A stretch of 64,000 bases of DNA from a virus: positions 32,001 to 96,000 of the IMG/VR virus record IMGVR_UViG_3300023184_000042; one strand, given 5' to 3'. The position numbers and the translations under genes are program-made. This document shows positions 8,449-15,078 of the stretch, piece after piece. Numbering within the stretch: the stretch's first letter is position 1; each line of letters begins with the position of its first letter. The notes beneath the pieces were generated by a model. That model worked only from the letters and a program-made list of their open reading frames with translations. It did not search any database and had not been told where the DNA came from.

Positions 8449-8519
8449 GCCCTCTAGGCTTTAAAGTGAAGCACCTAGCTTTTAACTAGGGAAAGAAGGA
8501 GCATTACCTTCAGGGGGTA
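8449..8519 (+). tRNA. trnK: tRNA-Lys(TTT), non-canonical T loop
   Basis: GCCCTCT/AGGGGGT; CCTAG-CTTTTAA-CTAGG; T loop AGCATTA. Confidence 0.75.
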
Positions 8520-8578
8520 CACAGATGAGATTGTTATTAATTCATAGAGCTACATATTGCGAGCATAGAATTAAATTT

Positions 8579-8649
8579 GCCTCGTTGGCGTAATGGAAGC
8601 GTATTTCTTTTACATGGAAATGGCAGTGGTTCGATTCCACTACGAGGTA
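8579..8649 (+). tRNA. trnV: tRNA-Val(TAC)
   Basis: GCCTCGT/ACGAGGT; TT-TAC-AT. Confidence 0.9.
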
Positions 8650-8655
8650 CAAAAT

Positions 8656-8729
8656 GTCCTTTTAGCTCAGCTGGTCAGAGCAGCTCGCTCATAACGAGAA
8701 GGTCACAGGTTCAAATCCTGTATAGGACA
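8656..8729 (+). tRNA. tRNA(CAT), Ile2 or elongator Met
   Basis: CT-CAT-AA loop; canonical arms. Confidence 0.85.
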
Positions 8730-8737
8730 CAAAAATT

Positions 8738-8809
8738 GGTCTATTGGTCCAGGGGTATGGATGTCTGCCTGTCACGTAGAAGACTCGGGTTCGAATCCCG
8801 AATAGACCG
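8738..8809 (+). tRNA. trnD: tRNA-Asp(GTC)
   Basis: GGTCTAT/ATAGACC; CT-GTC-AC; G73. Confidence 0.92.
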
Positions 8810-8848
8810 CAAATGGTTTTGAACTTTTTCTTTATGTGTTTGTTTTTG

Positions 8849-8959
8849 AGGCATTTGACTTTCCATGCCAGTTAGCTTATATGCTGTGTCATGGATACCG
8901 AAGGAAGCTGAGTAAAAATGTAAATGCCTTTATATGAGAAGCCTGGTTTCGAGCCAGGC
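8849..8959 (+). ncRNA. candidate pseudoknotted ncRNA plus hairpin
   Basis: AGGCATTT/AAATGCCT and TCCATG/CATGGA; loop TTAGCTT pairs with AAGCTGA; GCCTGG/CCAGGC hairpin. Confidence 0.5.
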
Positions 8960-8962
8960 AAT

Positions 8963-9035
8963 GGGTCTTTGGTATAGCTGGTGCGTACGTTAGTCTGAAG
9001 AACTAAAGGAGCAGGTTCGATTCCTGCAGGACCCA
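8963..9035 (+). tRNA. trnF: tRNA-Phe(GAA)
   Basis: GGGTCTT/AGGACCC; CT-GAA-GA. Confidence 0.9.
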
Positions 9036-9045
9036 CAATTTAATT

Positions 9046-9113
9046 GCCGAGTGGTCAGGGACCGGAGATGGCTCATATCTATTTCTAGAATGGCTCGATA
9101 CCATTACTCGGTA
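9046..9113 (+). tRNA. atypical tRNA(CAT) with miniature D arm and extended anticodon stem
   Basis: GCCGAGT/ACTCGGT; GGTC-AGG-GACC; GAGATGG-CTCATAT-CTATTTC; T loop CTCGATA. Confidence 0.7.
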
Positions 9114-9120
9114 CAAATTT

Positions 9121-9192
9121 TGGGTTATAGTGTAACGGTTAGCACAAATCACTTTGGCTGATTTAGTCTAGGTTCGAATCCTAGTAACCCAA
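9121..9192 (+). tRNA. trnQ: tRNA-Gln(TTG)
   Basis: TGGGTTA/TAACCCA; CT-TTG-GC. Confidence 0.92.
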
Positions 9193-9202
9193 CAAAATAC
9201 AT

Positions 9203-9276
9203 GGTGATTGTAGCTGAATTGGTAAAGCACCTGATTGTGGTTCAGGCGATTGTGGGTTCGAGTCCCACCCTTCACA
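9203..9276 (+). tRNA. trnH: tRNA-His(GTG)
   Basis: G-1; TT-GTG-GT; acceptor mismatches. Confidence 0.85.
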
Positions 9277-9285
9277 CGACGACGC

Positions 9286-9366
9286 CCAGAGGACGTAAGT
9301 CTTGGTTAGAGATTTATTCTTACAGACTCGGTACCTAAAGCTGAGCGGCTATTTGAAAGAATAGCT
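9286..9366 (+). ncRNA. candidate multi-hairpin ncRNA
   Basis: GTAA- and GAAA-capped hairpins plus CTCGGT/GCTGAG hairpin. Confidence 0.4.
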
Positions 9367-9370
9367 TTAT

Positions 9371-9458
9371 GCGCCTGTGGTGGAATGGTAGACACGTTGG
9401 ACTTAAAATCCAATCCTCAGGATTGGGGGTGCCGGTTCGAGTCCGGCCTGGCGTACCA
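9371..9458 (+). tRNA. trnL: tRNA-Leu(TAA)
   Basis: CT-TAA-AA; long variable arm; CCA. Confidence 0.92.
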
Positions 9459-9460
9459 AT

Positions 9461-9548
9461 GGAAAGTAATGCAACTAGGAGTTGTCACTGTTTGCTAAAC
9501 AAGTGGTCCGGGAAACTGGATAGGGTTCGATACCTTTGCTTTCCTCCA
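9461..9548 (+). tRNA. trnS: tRNA-Ser(GCT)
   Basis: GGAAAGT/GCTTTCC; TT-GCT-AA; long variable arm; CCA; irregular stems. Confidence 0.8.
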
Positions 9549-9556
9549 TAATAAAT

Positions 9557-9629
9557 GCCTCTATAGCATAAATGGAAATGCAACATCCTTCTAAGATGTT
9601 AAATGGAGATTCGAATTCTTCTAGGGGTA
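9557..9629 (+). tRNA. trnR: tRNA-Arg(TCT)
   Basis: GCCTCTA/TAGGGGT; CT-TCT-AA. Confidence 0.9.
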
Positions 9630-9639
9630 CAATAAGAAA

Positions 9640-9746
9640 CAGAGTAAAGCCTGGACAGCGAAAGCAGGGTAGTTTTTAACTTGGACAGTTTCTTTTAGCA
9701 GTTTAAGAGTCAGAGCTGACTTCTGCTTATCAAAAATGCTCTGCCA
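9640..9746 (+). ncRNA. candidate four-way-junction ncRNA ending in CCA
   Basis: CAGAGTA/TGCTCTG closing stem then CCA; three internal hairpins; TGGACAG occurs twice. Confidence 0.45.
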
Positions 9747-9748
9747 CT

Positions 9749-9822
9749 GCCCGAGTAGCCGAATTGGTATAGGCGCTAGACTTAGGATCTAGATTTTGCG
9801 AGTTCGAGTCTCGCCTTGGGTA
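9749..9822 (+). tRNA. trnL: tRNA-Leu(TAG) lacking long variable arm
   Basis: GCCCGAG/CTTGGGT; CT-TAG-GA; 5-nt variable loop. Confidence 0.88.
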
Positions 9823-9828
9823 CAAAAT

Positions 9829-9900
9829 GCTCTTATAGTTTAATTGGAAAAACGTTTGGCTACGGACCAGATGATATAGGTTCGAGTCCTATTAGGAGTT
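9829..9900 (+). tRNA. trnR: tRNA-Arg(ACG)
   Basis: GCTCTTA/TAGGAGT; CT-ACG-GA. Confidence 0.9.
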
Positions 9901-9907
9901 CAATAAT

Positions 9908-9978
9908 GGCGTGATGACCGAATGGTTAGGTGCAGGTCTGCAAAACCTGTTATGCTGGTTCGATTCCAGCTCGCGCCT
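9908..9978 (+). tRNA. trnC: tRNA-Cys(GCA)
   Basis: GGCGTGA/TCGCGCC; CT-GCA-AA; U73. Confidence 0.92.
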
Positions 9979-10044
9979 CAAAATAATTTTAAATAATATT
10001 AGGTTCCTCCAAAAGGGTATCTTATATTTATGAAGAATTAAAAG

Positions 10045-10134
10045 GGAAGGTTGGCAGAGTTGGTCTATTGCACCGGTCTTGAAAACCGGAGAGCGTGTAA
10101 AAGCGCTCCGTGGGTTCGAATCCCACATCTTCCT
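10045..10134 (+). tRNA. trnS: tRNA-Ser(TGA)
   Basis: GGAAGGT/ATCTTCC; CT-TGA-AA; long variable arm. Confidence 0.92.
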
Positions 10135-10140
10135 CAAATT

Positions 10141-10212
10141 GGCCCTATCGACTATCGGTTAGGTCGTCAGGTTTTCATCCTGGAAAGTCGGGTTCGATTC
10201 CCGGTGGGGCTA
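10141..10212 (+). tRNA. trnE: tRNA-Glu(TTC)
   Basis: GGCCCTA/TGGGGCT; TT-TTC-AT. Confidence 0.92.
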
Positions 10213-10220
10213 CAAAAAAA

Positions 10221-10292
10221 GGGGTTATAGTGAAATTGGCATCACGATAGATTTGCATTCTGTTATTCCGAGTTCGAGTCTCGGTAGCTCCA
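10221..10292 (+). tRNA. trnA: tRNA-Ala(TGC)
   Basis: GGGGTTA/TAGCTCC with G3:U70; TT-TGC-AT. Confidence 0.92.
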
Positions 10293-10326
10293 CTAATTTA
10301 TTAACAAATACTAAATATTATCTATT

Positions 10327-11238
10327 ATGAAAAATTCATTATCTACTAAAGGGTTATCTTTGTCTCAAGCACAATCAATCTCTAATTTGTGTAACCAGAG
10401 ATCTATCGAATTGTCTAATACATTGTCAGATGTTAATAACGTTGAAAAGACGTTGACAATTGGTTCTGACACTTATATTGAAACTCCAGCAAAACCTTTA
10501 CCAGGTAACGTAGCTGAGTTAATTCAAGAAAAAGCGAGACTTGCTGCTACTCAAGCTTTTTTAATGGAAAATATCAAAGCGAAAGATTCTTTGATTAAGT
10601 CTATTCAAAAAGAGCAATATTATGCTTCAGCTCCGAGACCAACGTCTCCAGAGTATGTTGAAATTGATTTAAAAGAACTTGTTTCTGAAGAGTGGGCATG
10701 GAATGAATTATCAGCTGCTGAGTATAATGAATTTTTAGAAGCGGAGGCTTATGCAGCGCACATCGGTCAATTTATCCATAAAGGAGGAACTTTAGATCGT
10801 TTAAGAACAGAATTGCCAAAAATTAAAACTTTGGAATTCATGGAAATTGAAACAGGAAAGAAAACTCCTATGAAAGTAGCAGTTCATCACACTTCCGCTC
10901 AATTGCTTTCAATACATGAAGAGTTAGCAAATACTCATAGAGAGTATGAGCAAAAAGTAAATTACTTCAAGTCAAAAGTAAAAAATGCTGTGACTAAAGA
11001 AAATGCTCGAATTGCAAATGAAAATGCCGATGTAGTAGCAAAGGCAAATGAAACTAACCAAACTTTGCGAGACGAATTCAGAAAGTTAAATGAAGAATGG
11101 AACGCTTTCGTAAGAAAAGAAACTCAAGAATTTGAGGCTAAACGCCAAGGAAGAATTGAAGCTGCAGTGTCTCTTAAAATAGACGTTGCTCCTAGATTCC
11201 AACCAGTAGTGGATGAGTTTCTTAAAACAATAAAATAG
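10327..11238 (+). CDS. all-helical/coiled-coil protein of unknown function, paired with downstream ncRNA
   Basis: 303 aa; A/E/K-rich heptads; no recognised catalytic motif. Confidence 0.8.
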   Translation: MKNSLSTKGLSLSQAQSISNLCNQRSIELSNTLSDVNNVEKTLTIGSDTYIETPAKPLPGNVAELIQEKARLAATQAFLMENIKAKDSLIKSIQKEQYYASAPRPTSPEYVEIDLKELVSEEWAWNELSAAEYNEFLEAEAYAAHIGQFIHKGGTLDRLRTELPKIKTLEFMEIETGKKTPMKVAVHHTSAQLLSIHEELANTHREYEQKVNYFKSKVKNAVTKENARIANENADVVAKANETNQTLRDEFRKLNEEWNAFVRKETQEFEAKRQGRIEAAVSLKIDVAPRFQPVVDEFLKTIK

Positions 11239-11241
11239 AAA

Positions 11242-11580
11242 AGTAGTTATGGTACTGAAAGGATAAGCAAACGCCGATACCTGGAAGTTTAATATCGGGA
11301 GGTGTAAAGCAATTTATACTTACAAAGATATAAGATACAAATCAACTTTTAATTGATTATAGGCCCCGTGCCTATACAGCCAACTCGCTTCTGTTACAAA
11401 TTAAACCAAACTGAGATAGAACTCAATAGCTCGACATGTTACTCCTAATGGGAGATTAAAAGTGGCCAGCGAACCGAGACTTAGTTTTTGTTTTTGTCTT
11501 TGCTGTAACGGAAGGTCTTTGACATTGATTTTGATTTTGATTTAGTCTATATACTTTATTCTCCCGATAACATAATTATT
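11242..11580 (+). ncRNA. candidate ~340 nt structured RNA with hexamer-periodic U-rich tracts
   Basis: Nested long-range helices: 11242-51/11571-80, 11293-301/11561-69, 11388-98/11504-14, 11408-15/11480-87. Confidence 0.7.
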
Positions 11581-11590
11581 ACCAATATAC

Positions 11591-11663
11591 CGCGGGGTAG
11601 TGTAAGGGTAGCACGAAGGGCTCATAACCCTAAAGTTCGGTTCGAATCCGGCGACCGCTACCA
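11591..11663 (+). tRNA. initiator tRNA-fMet(CAT)
   Basis: C1 mismatch; GGG/CCC anticodon stem; CT-CAT-AA; CCA; irregular acceptor/T junction. Confidence 0.8.
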
Positions 11664-11670
11664 ATAAGTA

Positions 11671-11698
11671 AAATGCATTGAAGAAATTCAGTGCATTT
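11671..11698 (+). terminator. hairpin ending the tRNA array
   Basis: AAATGCATTGAA-GAAA-TTCAGTGCATTT. Confidence 0.6.
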
Positions 11699-11782
11699 CT
11701 ACTGAAAAATACTTTGGAAATGATTAGGACGTTAATTAAATTATACTTATCTTTATGTATAGAAATTAGAAATAGACAAATT

Positions 11783-11989
11783 ATGAGAACATTAAGATTA
11801 TCAATCGCTATCCAAAGTCATTTAAGTGACGCCTTATTTGAAATGAGTTTCAATCCTGAAATGGCAGAAAATCGAATTCATTTTGTGAAAACGTTAATTA
11901 ACCTGTATCCTAATACCGATGTAGAAGTTGAGGAAGCAGAATTGACTAGAATTTATAAAGAACGAATTTTAGGAATTGTTGAAAAATAA
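11783..11989 (+). CDS. hypothetical early protein
   Basis: Start placed at ATG 11783, after promoter motif 11724-11755. Confidence 0.65.
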   Translation: MRTLRLSIAIQSHLSDALFEMSFNPEMAENRIHFVKTLINLYPNTDVEVEEAELTRIYKERILGIVEK

Positions 11990-12075
11990 ATTGAAAAAGA
12001 TTAGGACATAAGAAATATTATCCTTATCTTTATATATAGAAATTAGAAATAATAAAAATTTAAAAATTAAAAATT

Positions 12076-12273
12076 ATGTATTTACAAGTAACGAATTCGA
12101 AATTAGCAAAATTTAACCAAATTGGTACCACTTCAAGTAAATTGATGTCAGACTTAGCAAATATGGGTTGGAAATTATCTGACTGTAAAGTGTCTGAAAT
12201 TAGAAAAGAATTAGTCGAAGCCAATTATAAATGTGTAGATGGTAAGACTTCAAAAAGATTTTCAGTAAAGTAA
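12076..12273 (+). CDS. hypothetical early protein
   Basis: Follows promoter motif 12001-12032. Confidence 0.6.
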   Translation: MYLQVTNSKLAKFNQIGTTSSKLMSDLANMGWKLSDCKVSEIRKELVEANYKCVDGKTSKRFSVK

Positions 12274-12298
12274 TTTAACCCAAATAAATTTAAAAAGT

Positions 12299-12541
12299 AT
12301 GAAAGCTCAATCAATCCAACCAGGTCAGACAAATACTATTAGTTTTGGTAATTTCGCAATAGTTTTAGAAAAAGAACAGTTACATTATTATTCAGATGGT
12401 GAAATTACCAGAGTAATTGATGTAAGCTATGAGTTCAATTATAAAGATTTATTTGATTTAGGAACAAGAATTGCTACCAAGAACACCTTAGGTGCTGTGA
12501 AGTTTGTAAATAAAAGAGATGTAGTAAAAAATTCTAAATAA
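12299..12541 (+). CDS. hypothetical protein
   Basis: 80 aa ORF. Confidence 0.6.
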   Translation: MKAQSIQPGQTNTISFGNFAIVLEKEQLHYYSDGEITRVIDVSYEFNYKDLFDLGTRIATKNTLGAVKFVNKRDVVKNSK

Positions 12542-12744
12542 TGAAGAAATCAAGTTATAGAGTAGTCCCAACTCAGCACGAAAAATTTGGTGCGTGTTGG
12601 GCTATTAAACAAGGTAAAGTAGTTGTAGGTACTTTTATTAGTAAAATAAAAGCCGATCAAAAAAAGATGGCACTAGATGCTTTAGAGCAAGAAGATTTCC
12701 TTTTAGGTAAGACAATAAATCAAGAATTAAAAATAGAATTATAA
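12541..12744 (+). CDS. hypothetical protein
   Basis: 67 aa, TAATG-coupled. Confidence 0.6.
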   Translation: MKKSSYRVVPTQHEKFGACWAIKQGKVVVGTFISKIKADQKKMALDALEQEDFLLGKTINQELKIEL

Positions 12745-14057
12745 TGGCGTATGCAGCAATAGTCACTAGACTTAAAAATGTAAGACCGCATTCCAATGCT
12801 GATAAGGTGCAATTAGCAACTTGTCAAGGTAATCAGGTCGTAGTAGGATTAGACAACAATGAAGATGCTTTAGGAGTTTATTTTCCTACCGATGGGCAAT
12901 TATCTCATGAATTTTGTTTTGCTAACAACTTGTATCGTAAAGCAGAAATGAATAAATTTCCAGACGAGAAGCCAGGTATGTTTGACGAGAACCGAAGAGT
13001 TCGAACACAAAAATTCAGAGGTGAAGTGTCAGACGGTTTTTGGGTTCCACTTCATCAATTTGGGTTTATTCAAGTTACTGGATTAGACGTTGAAGGTTTT
13101 GAATTTACTGAATGGAAAGGAATTCCTATCTGTGATAAGTATATCAACCCAAACACTTTGAAATTAGCTAGAGAGAACCAAGGTAAGAAATTAAGAACTG
13201 CAAAGTCCTCAATTATGTTCAAAGAACATTTTGATACTGCCCACTTTGGTAAGCACGTTCATGAATTTAAACCAGGTCATAGAATTGTAGTTACTGAAAA
13301 AGTACATGGTACTTCTGGTAGAGTAGCAAGAGTTCAAGTAGATAAAAAATTATCTAGACGAGATAAGATTGCTAAATTTTTCGGAGCTAATGTAGAAGAA
13401 AAAGAGTGGACTTACCTTAATGGAACTCGAAGAGTTGTGTTAGAAGAAACTTCTGGAACTCAATATCATGACCCAACAATTAGACAAAAAGCGTTTTCTT
13501 TGTTCAAAGACAATTTAAGAAAAGGCGAGTCTGTGTTTTTTGAGATTGTAGGTTATGAATCTACCGGAGCCGCAATTATGCCTTCAGTTGATACAACTAA
13601 ATTAGGAGATAAAGAATTTTCTAAATTGTTTGGAAAGACAATGTCTTACTCTTATGGGTGTGAACCAACAGAACATAAAGTGTATGTGTATAGAATTACC
13701 AACACCAATGAAGATGGTCAGTCTGTTGATTTAACTTGGGATGATGTTAAGACTCGTTGTGAAGAGTTAGGAGTAAATCATGTTCCTGAATTGTTTATAG
13801 CTTCTATAGAAGTAATTGCCGCATATTCTAAATCTAAAGATGACAGAGATATTTATAACTTATTAACTGAAATTGTAGATACCGCTGCTAAAGGAGCTTC
13901 TGTAATTGATCCTTTTCATATTAGAGAAGGTGTATGTGTTAGAATTGATAATTTTGGTATGACTCCAAAAGTGTACAAACACAAATCTTTTGAGTTTAAA
14001 GTGTTAGAAGGTATTGTAAAAGATACAGGAGTTGTTGATATGGAAGAATCAAATTAA
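12744..14057 (+). CDS. RNA ligase (DraRnl/Rnl2-like) with N-terminal OB-like domain
   Basis: HSNADKVQ N-domain; TEKVHGTS motif I; FEIVG; REGVCVR; KHKS. Confidence 0.85.
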   Translation: MAYAAIVTRLKNVRPHSNADKVQLATCQGNQVVVGLDNNEDALGVYFPTDGQLSHEFCFANNLYRKAEMNKFPDEKPGMFDENRRVRTQKFRGEVSDGFWVPLHQFGFIQVTGLDVEGFEFTEWKGIPICDKYINPNTLKLARENQGKKLRTAKSSIMFKEHFDTAHFGKHVHEFKPGHRIVVTEKVHGTSGRVARVQVDKKLSRRDKIAKFFGANVEEKEWTYLNGTRRVVLEETSGTQYHDPTIRQKAFSLFKDNLRKGESVFFEIVGYESTGAAIMPSVDTTKLGDKEFSKLFGKTMSYSYGCEPTEHKVYVYRITNTNEDGQSVDLTWDDVKTRCEELGVNHVPELFIASIEVIAAYSKSKDDRDIYNLLTEIVDTAAKGASVIDPFHIREGVCVRIDNFGMTPKVYKHKSFEFKVLEGIVKDTGVVDMEESN

Positions 14058-14063
14058 TATAAT

Positions 14064-14600
14064 ATGAAAGAAGAAAATTCAATTTTAGACACTTATATGG
14101 CAGGATTACAAGGAAGTGATATGAGCTCTATAATGTCGACAGAAATGTTTAGGAAAATTTTAGAAGTTGCTAATGAAACTGTTGAGTTCAATACTAATAG
14201 TATGCTGTATCATAAATTGCAGCAACTTAACAAATTTATTGCTGGAAAAGTTAGTGAATCTAGACCAGGTATTGATGACACTATTTGGGTGACGACGATA
14301 GATGGTAGGCCAGGCAAAATGTCTTTAACTTCTGCACAATTTTTAATTGAAACTAATTTGAAATTAGCAGAAGCATCTAAAGAGTTTAAATTAGATACTA
14401 CCGTGGCTCATAATATTGGTCAAGTGTCAAAATCTTTAGGCTTTAAATTTCAAGAAAGTAAAGTACCGTCTGATTTAGATTATGGTTCTTTATTTCATAA
14501 GTTTAAATACTTAACTGATTATAAGCGAACTCCTTCACAAAATTCACATATTCCAATTTCAGAAGATATATTAGAAAATAATAATGATGGCATTGGTTAA
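14064..14600 (+). CDS. hypothetical protein
   Basis: 178 aa ORF. Confidence 0.65.
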   Translation: MKEENSILDTYMAGLQGSDMSSIMSTEMFRKILEVANETVEFNTNSMLYHKLQQLNKFIAGKVSESRPGIDDTIWVTTIDGRPGKMSLTSAQFLIETNLKLAEASKEFKLDTTVAHNIGQVSKSLGFKFQESKVPSDLDYGSLFHKFKYLTDYKRTPSQNSHIPISEDILENNNDGIG

Positions 14601-14610
14601 TTTATTGATA

Positions 14611-14640
14611 ATGCAGTCGGGTAATTCCGGCTGTATTTTC
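14611..14640 (+). terminator. intrinsic terminator
   Basis: ATGCAGTCGG-gtaatt-CCGGCTGTAT followed by TTT. Confidence 0.7.
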
Positions 14641-14708
14641 ATACGTTAAGCCGTCTAACGCCTACGTAAATTAATTAAACTAAGCTCCAAGGATAAAAGA
14701 TACACAGA

Positions 14709-15044
14709 ATGATAAATTACACAAAAGAAGAGATTAAAACAATAGAAAAATATAAAAGAAGAGTGCATAAACAATATCCAGGCGCGTTCTTAACGCAAAT
14801 TAGAAAGGGGTATTATTCTATTGTGCAAGAAAAAACCGATTTTTCTGTTGTAGATGTTTTAGAAGAGCAATTGATGCCTGCTCAAATCAGTCCATTATTA
14901 GCTTGGGAAACGGCTCAGCTATCATGTAGAATATCACAAAATTTGAATAGAACTCATCCAATGCGAGCTGAAGGTAGAAATATGGCAGATAAAATTGCTA
15001 AAAAATTAAAACCTGAATTTAATTCGCGAAATTCAAATGATTAG
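14709..15044 (+). CDS. hypothetical protein
   Basis: 111 aa ORF. Confidence 0.65.
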   Translation: MINYTKEEIKTIEKYKRRVHKQYPGAFLTQIRKGYYSIVQEKTDFSVVDVLEEQLMPAQISPLLAWETAQLSCRISQNLNRTHPMRAEGRNMADKIAKKLKPEFNSRNSND

Positions 15045-15078
15045 GATATTTATTTGTATAACCAATTAGTTACATTTT

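Noticed and set aside
8890-8912. SRP RNA or hammerhead ribozyme (CCGAAGGAAGCTGAG)
   Set aside because: Lacks the SRP CAGG internal-loop strand and the hammerhead CUGANGA/GAAA core.
8100-10137. ORF-track entries 8100-8294(-), 8577-8822(+), 9369-9551(+), 9892-10137(-)
   Set aside because: They overlap clear tRNA genes and are translation artefacts.
11484-11550. CRISPR array, DGR template repeat or retron msr-msd
   Set aside because: Units are 6 nt with no spacers; no reverse transcriptase, cas gene or matching variable repeat in the window.
11242-11580. tmRNA or RNase P RNA
   Set aside because: No Ala-type acceptor/T-arm ends and no GAGGAAAGUCC P4 motif.
11678-11782. N-terminal extension of the ORF ending at 11989
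   Set aside because: It runs through a terminator hairpin and a promoter motif; ATG 11783 is the plausible start.
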